Source: Patescibacteria group bacterium (GTDB lineage: Bacteria > Patescibacteriota > Patescibacteriia > SBBC01 > CAIJZX01). From it: 64,000 bases of DNA. The position numbers and the translations under genes are program-made. Position 1 is the first letter of the stretch; each line of letters opens with the position of its first letter. Location: NCBI GenBank assembly GCA_038065275.1, contig JBBTRH010000007.1:2873-66872 (forward strand). The letters are read 5' to 3'. The notes under the pieces were generated by a model. The model did no database searches. It worked only from the letters and a program-made list of their open reading frames with translations, and had not been told where the DNA came from. Positions 38,133-46,418 of this stretch are shown piece after piece.

Positions 38133-40730
38133 TTAGGGTTTACCTCTTATTTTCTTCGGATAAAGCTTTTTAGCTTGACCGATGACTTCCTTCGCCGCCC
38201 AGTCAGGAGCATCACCGAAACTTTCCAAGTTCGTTCCGTCCGGCGCATATGTTGATACGACTTGTCGGGCACCGGATCCGATGCCTCCAGCTTTCACAAT
38301 CGCGCCTAAAGATTTCAGCGACTCTTTGGCGGCAATGGTCGTGGCCGGATTATCACTGCCGCCATCGGCTGAAACCAAGACTAATCGTAAACGTTCCTTG
38401 CCTGAAGTATGTTCACTCGCGTCTTCTTGAATCATTCGTCGAACGGTCTGCAATCCCAAGTGATCGGGAGTTCCGCCGCCGACATTCTCCTGCAAAGATC
38501 TCCAAACCCTGGCTTGTTCTTTCGGCCCCCATGATGTGCCGAGCGGCAATTCCACCTTACCCGATCCACCTTGAAAACTCACTAACGCCACGCGCAAATC
38601 CAGCGGAGAAATCAACTTAATTTTCTGTCGTTTGAACTCCTGGGCCGCCCCGTACATGGAATCCATCATCAGGAACACGAACGTTTGCTGATCTTCCCAT
38701 TTCGGCCGACCACTGCTTGGATCGGTCTCAGACATGGACCCGCTTTTATCAACCGTCAAAAATGCATCAAACCCGCCGTAAATTTGTTCACGTTCCACCT
38801 TTCGTTCGTACTTGGAAAAACCCGACGGATCAGCCTCGCCGGCCGCCATATCCAAAACCGTTTCCACCGGATCAACGAGTTCCTGACCGCGAGAAAGTCT
38901 GATGGGTGCGGTGTATCTAATTCGGTTTACTAAATTATCTTGAATGACTTTTTGCCATTCCGCCAGCAACCGTGATCGAATATTCCGTCCTTGGTTGTCT
39001 CTCTTTTCTCGTGCTTCGGAAATCTTTCTCATAATTACCTTGGCCTCTTCTGGCGTACAATCGGCCTCGGCGGCAAAACGAAGTGCGGCCAGCTCCTCCG
39101 GCGCTCGCTCTTTCTGCTCCAGGGCTCGCTCAGCATCAGCCATCAGTTTTTCCAGCTGTTCGTCACTTAACACTTCCGCCTCTTGTTCGCCAAAATCACC
39201 TTCAAAAGCATCATCAGATTTTTCTTCGTCCGTTTCTTGGACGTCCATGTTTGGATCACCCGGCGGGGTGGCGTCTAATCTCTGCCAACGCTGGCCATCC
39301 CAGGCTTCCGCCCAGGCATGCGCCGTGCCGGAAGACATCACGGTGGCATTCTGCTTATCTTTTACTTTAACATAATGGCCGGATACCAGACACGATGGAA
39401 TTCCTATTCGGCGCAATAAAGCCACAAAGTAGGTGTTGGCGACATCGCAATCCGCCTGCCGGTGTTGCTCGATGCGTGAAAAGTATTCATTCGGGTCGCC
39501 GGACCGATAAACCGCATTGAAACTGGAATCATTGGAGTATTTTAGTGTGCTTCTGACAAAAGCCTTCAACGCCCGAGCTTTATCAAGAGCTGATTGATTG
39601 GATCTTACAATTTCTTCCAACTTACGTTGAGTTTCAGGAGAAAGAACTTCTGTCCCTGGCTGTGGCGCACTGGGGGCAACTTCTAAAACCGGTGTTGTAT
39701 TTTTACCAATCTCGGCTGAAAAAGAAATGAGTCCACGTTGCTTACTGGCGTCGATAATGAAACTGCCATGTCCATCACTTTTCACCGGCAAGACTTCACC
39801 ACCATGGGTCCGGATGGTTTGGACATCAGGCGCGTATCCATAAGGCATCGGAAGAATGGTTCTCTTGCCTCCATGTATCGTTCCGGCTACGGTTTTCCTG
39901 GTTTTTGCATCAAGCGACGTTTCTTCAACATCAGCAAGCGAGCTAGCCGACTTCTCCCAGCGCATGGCTCGATTGTTCCAGGTGTCAAAATCATCACCAC
40001 GGTAATACCCGCCGTAGAATGGTCGGACAGTGAAATATGCGCCCGGTTCATTCTCTTTGGATCGTTCCATCTCCTCCATGCTTGGGGTCAACGTGTCCTC
40101 TTGCGGCGGCGGAACATTCAAATCGGGTTGCTCCTGTTTCTGTTTCATGACTTCCGGCGGCGGTGGCTCCTGGGCTTTCGCTCGAGCTTCTTCCGTATCA
40201 CGAGATTCCAACCAATCCAGTGCTCCGGCTAATCGTGATTCAAACCATTGAAATTTGCTCCCGTAACTGATATTCCCTGAAGCCATCAGTTCAGAAACAT
40301 CAACCTCTCCTTCGGTCGATTGGCTCTTTACAATCCGGGTAAAAATCCGCTCCACCTCCGGGCGAACTTTTGGCATCGGCTGACCCAACTGCTTTGCCCG
40401 AAAACAAGAGAGGAGTTCGTTAACCCGATTTGGTTCAAGGCCAGTTGGTTCAGTTTGAGCCATGACTTCCGCCTGTAAGGCTTCAGTGTTTTCTGGGGAC
40501 GCCCTGACCGATCGATCGTATGCGCCGAGGGTTTCAAAAACGTGTTTCGCCGTCCGGGCTGATTTGCTCCGCTTGCCCAGCGATTGCCAAGAGCGCAGGC
40601 CGGCAATTCCCTCTCTTGATTGTAGGGCCTGGCCGATAGCCGCATTTTTGGCCTGGCGAAAAGCGTCTTTGGCGTCAAAACTGGCGATCTCTGGTTGTTC
40701 GGGATGACGACTTAATTCCGGGTTAGACAT
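38133..40730 (-). CDS. Transglutaminase-like domain + C-terminal vWA domain protein
   Basis: ADCDVAN...AHAWAE...LDATPP (Cys-His-Asp); MIDAS DKSGS...GGGTP...SADG. Confidence 0.85.
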   Translation of the reverse strand: MSNPELSRHPEQPEIASFDAKDAFRQAKNAAIGQALQSREGIAGLRSWQSLGKRSKSARTAKHVFETLGAYDRSVRASPENTEALQAEVMAQTEPTGLEPNRVNELLSCFRAKQLGQPMPKVRPEVERIFTRIVKSQSTEGEVDVSELMASGNISYGSKFQWFESRLAGALDWLESRDTEEARAKAQEPPPPEVMKQKQEQPDLNVPPPQEDTLTPSMEEMERSKENEPGAYFTVRPFYGGYYRGDDFDTWNNRAMRWEKSASSLADVEETSLDAKTRKTVAGTIHGGKRTILPMPYGYAPDVQTIRTHGGEVLPVKSDGHGSFIIDASKQRGLISFSAEIGKNTTPVLEVAPSAPQPGTEVLSPETQRKLEEIVRSNQSALDKARALKAFVRSTLKYSNDSSFNAVYRSGDPNEYFSRIEQHRQADCDVANTYFVALLRRIGIPSCLVSGHYVKVKDKQNATVMSSGTAHAWAEAWDGQRWQRLDATPPGDPNMDVQETDEEKSDDAFEGDFGEQEAEVLSDEQLEKLMADAERALEQKERAPEELAALRFAAEADCTPEEAKVIMRKISEAREKRDNQGRNIRSRLLAEWQKVIQDNLVNRIRYTAPIRLSRGQELVDPVETVLDMAAGEADPSGFSKYERKVEREQIYGGFDAFLTVDKSGSMSETDPSSGRPKWEDQQTFVFLMMDSMYGAAQEFKRQKIKLISPLDLRVALVSFQGGSGKVELPLGTSWGPKEQARVWRSLQENVGGGTPDHLGLQTVRRMIQEDASEHTSGKERLRLVLVSADGGSDNPATTIAAKESLKSLGAIVKAGGIGSGARQVVSTYAPDGTNLESFGDAPDWAAKEVIGQAKKLYPKKIRGKP

Positions 40731-41805
40731 AATCAGTATTTAGTCCGAGGCTTAGGCGAAGTTTCTCCCGCAGGTTATAGCTTTTCAACTGCGCCAGTAA
40801 ACCAATGTATGAAGCGAGCTGTTTCCCGACCAGACTCTGATATCCTTGGCTAGCCGCGTCGCCAGCCACCGCCAACGATGCCCTCCGCAATCTGATTCTC
40901 GGTACCAACCCATAAGGAAAAGCTACGGCTCCCAACATATCAACTCCCTGACTTAAACTACGGATAATGATTTTCTCGTCTGGTAAGGTTAAGTGGAGTC
41001 GAGTACGTAAAAAATCTTTCGCTTTCTGCGATACCTCGATTAAATGATTTTTATTCGCGGACACGATGTAAAAGTCGTCATTATACCGAGCGTAGCAACG
41101 AATATCACACACTTGTTTCATGAAGTAATCGAACTCATGCAAATAGATATTGGCGAATACTTGGGAAGTAAGGTTGCCGAGCGGAATCCCACGACCGCCA
41201 CTTCTCGAGTCCGAGCCTCGAAGTCGAGGACTGACATCTCCGGCGGAGCCGGATCCGGCTTCGCCGGAAAAACTGTTAATAATTGTCCGGCACAGTCGGA
41301 TATATTGCGGATCCTTCACTTGGCGACGGATGAGTGACAGTAAAATCTGATGATCGACGCTCCCGAAAAAGTTAGCGACGTCTCCGTGAAAAACATAGAC
41401 CTCTCGAGAAAAACTCTTGCTTTCCTGCCGCAAAAAATCCCAGATCCGGCTGATAGCCGCTTGCGTGCCCTTTCCCAGCCGACACGAATATGAATCAAAA
41501 AAGAATTGCCGATCGAACAGCGGGCACAAGGCCGAATATATCGCTTGGTGCACAATTCGATCCCGCACCGTCGCTTTATGAATAGAACGAAATTTAGGAT
41601 CTCGAACATAAAATCGGTTGTACTCGTCGTGCCGGTACGTTCCCGACTTAAGCTCTTTCGACAACTGCATCAGCTCCGATTCTAAATGGCGCTCGAAATC
41701 GATAACATCCCGTCGTTCCTGTTTTCCGCGTCGAAACCGTCTCCAGGCAAGATAGAGATTATCAAATCCTATTAACCCACTAAATGTTTGCAAACTATAT
41801 GTCAC
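40723..41805 (-). CDS. DGR reverse transcriptase
   Basis: RDRIVHQA, SYSCRLGKG, GIPLGNLTSQVFANIYL (DGR-type SQ motif), YARYNDDF. Confidence 0.95.
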   Translation of the reverse strand: MTYSLQTFSGLIGFDNLYLAWRRFRRGKQERRDVIDFERHLESELMQLSKELKSGTYRHDEYNRFYVRDPKFRSIHKATVRDRIVHQAIYSALCPLFDRQFFFDSYSCRLGKGTQAAISRIWDFLRQESKSFSREVYVFHGDVANFFGSVDHQILLSLIRRQVKDPQYIRLCRTIINSFSGEAGSGSAGDVSPRLRGSDSRSGGRGIPLGNLTSQVFANIYLHEFDYFMKQVCDIRCYARYNDDFYIVSANKNHLIEVSQKAKDFLRTRLHLTLPDEKIIIRSLSQGVDMLGAVAFPYGLVPRIRLRRASLAVAGDAASQGYQSLVGKQLASYIGLLAQLKSYNLREKLRLSLGLNTDYV

Positions 41806-42164
41806 AAGATTCTTTCGACCCGCCGGTCGTTATAAAGATTTATAAAACCTATCAGATTTTCATTCCGCTACTGGCGAATTTCCCGAAACCGCAACGATAT
41901 ACTCTCGGACAGGTGATTGATCGTTCCCTTTTAAGCATGTTGGAATACATCTTTGAGGCCAATGCTATGCCGCTACCCTTGCGAGAGTCCTTACTCCTCC
42001 GAGCGATGGCGAAATGCGAATTGACAAAGATACTTATTCGGCTGTCATGCGAGAGTAGCATCATCAATAACACGCAGTACTTCCAACTCATGTCTAATCT
42101 TCAGGAGGTTGGTAAAATGCTGGGAGGATGGATCAAATACATTCGCCATCTGCCGGTAAAGTAA
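41799..42164 (+). CDS. avd: Avd-like accessory variability determinant (four-helix bundle)
   Basis: FPKPQRYTLG...IRL...EVGKMLGGW; adjacent to RT and TR; alternative start ATG 41784. Confidence 0.85.
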   Translation: MSQDSFDPPVVIKIYKTYQIFIPLLANFPKPQRYTLGQVIDRSLLSMLEYIFEANAMPLPLRESLLLRAMAKCELTKILIRLSCESSIINNTQYFQLMSNLQEVGKMLGGWIKYIRHLPVK

Positions 42165-42175
42165 TGACTGTTCTC

Positions 42176-42299
42176 ACAACGACCGCGGGGCGGGCACCCA
42201 ACTTCGGGTTCGAATTGTCAGCGTCGTTCCAGTTCACGTTGACCTGCCTATCCTGCGGATTCCAGTTGGCATTGGCGACCTTCGATGACGACACGCGGC
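42176..42299 (-). repeat. DGR template repeat (TR)
   Basis: 124 bp ungapped match to the VR; AAC/AAT-rich on the minus strand, 27 adenines. Confidence 0.95.
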
Positions 42300-42513
42300 C
42301 ACGCCCCGTATTCCTTGATCCATCCATACGCGCGGAGCCTTCCGCAGAAAACCCCTGACCGATATTCCCACAAGGAACGTCGTTGTGCTTCACTTGTTCA
42401 TCCCGCCCGGAGCCAACACTGTTGGATCTCCGATTCGGTGGAATGAGAGTCGGCGAACCAATCTCTCACATACGTATGTCGTACAGGAGGGTGGCTTCAT
42501 AAGCCGAAAATGG

Positions 42514-43164
42514 CTATCTGATTATTCTGTTGGCAATGATCGGTACTTCCCGTAAAAAATACTTCTTTACCTGCGCCCAGGTAGCGTCAAAATATATTTC
42601 CGGGTTTGGGTCGGTTTCGGCGTCTTCAAAAAAGACCAAGCTCTTCAAAATGTGGTGGTAATTGTGAGCCACCGACGGATACTGAATTTTCAATCTCTTA
42701 ATAATGTCCTCCAAGGATTCAACATTATTGGCGCACCAGTACAAATCAAAATAATCTCTTTTTTTACCGCGCTGTGAGATGGCGGTGATCTTCATGACCG
42801 CGATATCAAGCTGATTCAGTATCCGGATCGATCCGTAACGGAGAAAATTTTGTTTTGGGAGAAAGAATGGGTAGGCGATGAAACTTATTTTGCTTTTGGA
42901 CAGCTCGCCGTAAATGGTATTTTTTTCTTCCACGGTCGTCTCCCAGTTTTTATAGCGGGCAAAGTTCGATAGCAACTTTTTGGTATCAAAATCTGAATCG
43001 AGCGTAAAAAAATCTAAATCCAGAGACCGACGATGGCCGGCCTGAAGCGCCAGAGCCGTTCCGCCCGCCAAATACCATCCCGACGTAGTAAGCCATTGCT
43101 GTTGAGACAAAAAATCAAGTGCCTTCCTAGTGCGGTGCGGTAATGTTTGGTATTGCCAGTTCAT
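42514..43164 (-). CDS. AbiEii/AbiGii-family nucleotidyltransferase toxin
   Basis: YLAGGTALAL..GHRRSLDLDFF, MKITAISQRG.KRDYFDLY. Confidence 0.88.
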   Translation of the reverse strand: MNWQYQTLPHRTRKALDFLSQQQWLTTSGWYLAGGTALALQAGHRRSLDLDFFTLDSDFDTKKLLSNFARYKNWETTVEEKNTIYGELSKSKISFIAYPFFLPKQNFLRYGSIRILNQLDIAVMKITAISQRGKKRDYFDLYWCANNVESLEDIIKRLKIQYPSVAHNYHHILKSLVFFEDAETDPNPEIYFDATWAQVKKYFLREVPIIANRIIR

Positions 43165-43385
43165 GCTTTGAGTAGAAGTGTCCAGAGCGCCCTAGTCCTC
43201 GGTCGCAGACTTCGGGAACGTGTGATTATTTTTTTTAGCAGTTTTTGATCATAAAAATCCAAGACCCACCGCGCCTCTTTATCGTTCCCAAAATCAGCCA
43301 CCCGTTCAACAATATATTGGGCGTTCTTACGCGGATCAATATTTTTGGGATCAACATCCCAAAATAGCGTCGGCCTAAATTTCAT
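43161..43385 (-). CDS. Small putative antitoxin (DUF6922-like)
   Basis: LFWDVD...YIVERV..FG motif; ATGA overlap with the toxin gene. Confidence 0.75.
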   Translation of the reverse strand: MKFRPTLFWDVDPKNIDPRKNAQYIVERVADFGNDKEARWVLDFYDQKLLKKIITRSRSLRPRTRALWTLLLKA

Positions 43386-43458
43386 ATCACTATCAGTATA
43401 TCAGATTGCAAGCTCATTCGAAATGATAAATAATAAAGAAAAGTCTAGCCATTAAAAC

Positions 43459-46140
43459 TTAAAGTATCTCAACAACGACCGCGGGGCGGGCACCCAACCC
43501 CGGGCCCGACCTGCCAGCGTCGCTCCAGCTCACGCTGACCCGCCTACCCCGCGGATCCCAGTGGGCATCGGCGACCCCCGATGACGACACGCGGCTGTCT
43601 AATAGCCATGACCATTGAGATTTGGTCGCATCGTCGTCATAAGCGTCGAAACTGTGATTATTATGCTCTTCAAGTTCACGGCGTTGAAGAAGAAGATATT
43701 CGGACATCGTTAAGCCATTCCACTTTTTTTGTTGAAACAGCGTTTCCAGTTGATCCGGCGTTTTACCCTTCGTTTCCGACGGAACTGGTCTTGATTGGTA
43801 CATTAGCATATATGCTTTCACCGGACGGTTACGGGTTTGTGATTGTTTTGTTCCCTCGGCAATGTATGGATCGCCGTATTGATCGGGGGCGGACAAGCCG
43901 GTATGAGGTTTTTTAGCCATCTGCTCAATAACGGCGTTGATGGATCGCCCTTGAAGTTCGGCCTGCGGCAATATCATCGCCTTATCAAACCCCATTTTCA
44001 GCGCTTCTCGAATTCGCGCTTCGCCCTCCGGGGAGAATCGAATTTCTTTCGGCAGATTGTCGACAAAGTCGTAGAGGTCGTGTTCTTCATAGAACTCCTC
44101 CGAAACGCGCCGTGTTTCCGTAACGTCAAGCTTGATTTCCTTTCCTTCAAACCTTTCGGCAAAAGTCAACGAGGCGGCTGCCCATTCGCGTCGCAGGACT
44201 CGTTGGTCAACTAACTCAATGCCTGCTTCGCCCTCCATCACGACTTTACCCTGATGCGCGCCTTTTCCAACTCCTAACATACGCCATGGTCGTTTGCTAC
44301 GGTCTCCTTTTTTCATCCACTGCGACCGGCCGCCCGTTTGTTCGGGACTGTACACCACTTCCGTGCCGTCAGCTAAAAACTTGCTGGCCTCAACCGGTTT
44401 CGGGGCCTCTTTTAATGTTTCGGCTTCTCGCGGTACGCGCGGAGACAGAGCGCCGATTTCTTGCGGGGTGAGAAATCGATGTCCGCCTTCGGTATGAATG
44501 GAGTCCACCGATTCATCCAGCCGATAGGCCTGAAGAAATTTCCCTAGCAGGACGCGATCTTCCGACGGTAAACCCTTCCGGCCGGCCCATTCGTGCAACT
44601 GGTGGGTCAGAAACTCGGTCAGGCTTTGCCGGCGCATGCTGTGAAGCGCTTTCCGGTAGGCGCCGAGCCAGGACAAGACCAGGCCGGTATCAAGCACCGC
44701 CGCCCGCAGGTAGGAGGCTTCCCTTTCCGTCGGGGTCAAGGCGTTGGCTTGGCCGGTATAGCTACGCTGGATGTCGGCCATAAGATTAGCAAACCGCCAC
44801 AGCGTTCCGCCGGCTTCTGGCTGGGTTTTTAGTTCCTGGCGCTTAACATTGGTGGTGGCGTCCACCACGTCTTCATATTCCGGCGCAAGTTCCTCGGCCG
44901 GTAGACGAAGACGGCCGTTTTGGTCCATCAGTCCGGCCGTCAGCAATTCGTAGAGTTCCGGATTTTCCGGCGTCTGTGGCTGGTAGCCGATTTCTATTTC
45001 CCCCAACTCGCGAGCGACTTCAATCGGCAGATCCGACCGGTCGGGGTGTTTTTCCGACGGCAGGTTGGCCGAGCCGATAAACCCGAACTCGGACGAAAGC
45101 CGCTCAACCCGGCCGGCCCAAGCCGCGAAGGTGATGGCCTCGCCCGGCCGGCGGCCGGAGATCTGTTTGATCAGCGACCGCAGAGCATCCGGTGGATAGC
45201 CGTTCATTTCATCCATGTAGAAAATACCGCCCGGCCCTGGTTCCGTGCTGCGCGAGGTTTCCTTGCCGGTTAAGGCCTGACCCAGCTGACCGTAGTGGAT
45301 GTACGATCCTTCGCCGTCAATGGCTTTCGAACCCAGCAAAGGACGAATGTCGGATTTGGCCTCTTCCCCGACTTCAAGCGGGGATCGACCGACCAGGCGT
45401 CGGGATGCGTTCCTGGCGAGCGCGGTTTTTCCTGTCCCGGTTTCGCCGACAAGAAGGAGCGGGCGATTTTGGTTGAAGATGACCAGATACTCGATCATTT
45501 TCTCAAAATGTTGTTCGCGCGACGGAGTCCAGGCGAATCCTTCGGTTCGGAGTTGGTCGTTGTATTCCACCATGCGCTCAAACGACAACCGAGCCGCAAA
45601 CTCAGGGCTTTGATGTTCCAAAGAATCCAATCGCCGTTCTTGCGCCTCGATCTGCGCGGATAACTCACCAAGGCGGATTTGCGTCAGTTCGTCAGGGTCG
45701 CGGTCGCGATGCCGGAAAACAGTGCGGTAGAGTTTTTCTCTCTCGGCGAGGTACGAGTCGCGAGTGTCGCGCAGCTTTCGAAAATCAACCATCGGTTCGG
45801 CCAGCTTGATCCTTTCTTCGTACCACTGACGTAATTTTTCCATGAATGCTTTTTGTGTTTCTGGATTGTGCCACCGCTGTGCGATGGCATCTTTGACGGT
45901 AGCTATCCTATCAGGGCCTGGATGCTCTTCGTGCCGCCGGCGACCGTAGTCTTCCCACAACGCAAAAAGCTCTTCCGCTCCTCGAACCGCCTCGGAGTTG
46001 AAGACGGAAGTCTCCGGCGATCCTTGCGGTTCTGCCCCTTGCGGTGAGCGCGTCGAACCCGTGGTCTCGGGAGGGAGCGGTTCTACCTCTTGCTCGATTC
46101 TTTCCCAAATTGGATGGGTACCGCCTCGTTCAGAGCTCAT
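43459..46140 (-). CDS. DGR target: MoxR/AAA_5-type ATPase with C-terminal variable (likely C-type-lectin-fold) domain
   Basis: Walker A GETGTGKT, Walker B FYMDEMN, SAN sensor; last ~41 codons are the VR ending LGARPAVV. Confidence 0.9.
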   Translation of the reverse strand: MSSERGGTHPIWERIEQEVEPLPPETTGSTRSPQGAEPQGSPETSVFNSEAVRGAEELFALWEDYGRRRHEEHPGPDRIATVKDAIAQRWHNPETQKAFMEKLRQWYEERIKLAEPMVDFRKLRDTRDSYLAEREKLYRTVFRHRDRDPDELTQIRLGELSAQIEAQERRLDSLEHQSPEFAARLSFERMVEYNDQLRTEGFAWTPSREQHFEKMIEYLVIFNQNRPLLLVGETGTGKTALARNASRRLVGRSPLEVGEEAKSDIRPLLGSKAIDGEGSYIHYGQLGQALTGKETSRSTEPGPGGIFYMDEMNGYPPDALRSLIKQISGRRPGEAITFAAWAGRVERLSSEFGFIGSANLPSEKHPDRSDLPIEVARELGEIEIGYQPQTPENPELYELLTAGLMDQNGRLRLPAEELAPEYEDVVDATTNVKRQELKTQPEAGGTLWRFANLMADIQRSYTGQANALTPTEREASYLRAAVLDTGLVLSWLGAYRKALHSMRRQSLTEFLTHQLHEWAGRKGLPSEDRVLLGKFLQAYRLDESVDSIHTEGGHRFLTPQEIGALSPRVPREAETLKEAPKPVEASKFLADGTEVVYSPEQTGGRSQWMKKGDRSKRPWRMLGVGKGAHQGKVVMEGEAGIELVDQRVLRREWAAASLTFAERFEGKEIKLDVTETRRVSEEFYEEHDLYDFVDNLPKEIRFSPEGEARIREALKMGFDKAMILPQAELQGRSINAVIEQMAKKPHTGLSAPDQYGDPYIAEGTKQSQTRNRPVKAYMLMYQSRPVPSETKGKTPDQLETLFQQKKWNGLTMSEYLLLQRRELEEHNNHSFDAYDDDATKSQWSWLLDSRVSSSGVADAHWDPRGRRVSVSWSDAGRSGPGLGARPAVVVEIL
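43472..43595 (-). repeat. DGR variable region (VR)
   Basis: 18 mismatches to the TR, 17 at TR adenines; invariant GC-rich 3' end GCCCGCCCCGCGG. Confidence 0.95.
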
Positions 46141-46418
46141 AATGATTGAAAAGTATGTGACATAAACCCAGCACCACAATGGTTGATTCGTTGTTATTTC
46201 TGAAAAAAGTGCAGTCTTTACTCACGTATACGTATTTTTTTTAGTTCGCATTATACCATTGTGGTGCTGGGTAAACGTTGCAACTTACACCATAATCGTT
46301 CTTTTGTCAATCTAGATTTTTTTATTCTGTTCGACTGCTATTATAGCAGAGATTGGGAGAAAAATCAAGTTTTTTCTTCAAGACCTATATGCCATAGACA
46401 TGGTAGGCTACCCGCATC

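Larger units (their letters stand above)
40723..43595 (-). mobile_element. Diversity-generating retroelement cassette (RT, avd, TR, VR)
   Basis: DGR-type RT, Avd-like protein and TR/VR pair with adenine-specific mismatches. Confidence 0.95.

Noticed and set aside
40723-41805. Group II intron or retron RT
   Set aside because: Short, no maturase/endonuclease domain or retron VTG motif; SQ motif plus TR/VR and Avd indicate a DGR
42133-42393. 86-aa ORF spanning the TR
   Set aside because: Open frame is inherited from TR/VR homology and overlaps avd antisense; treated as template RNA rather than a protein gene
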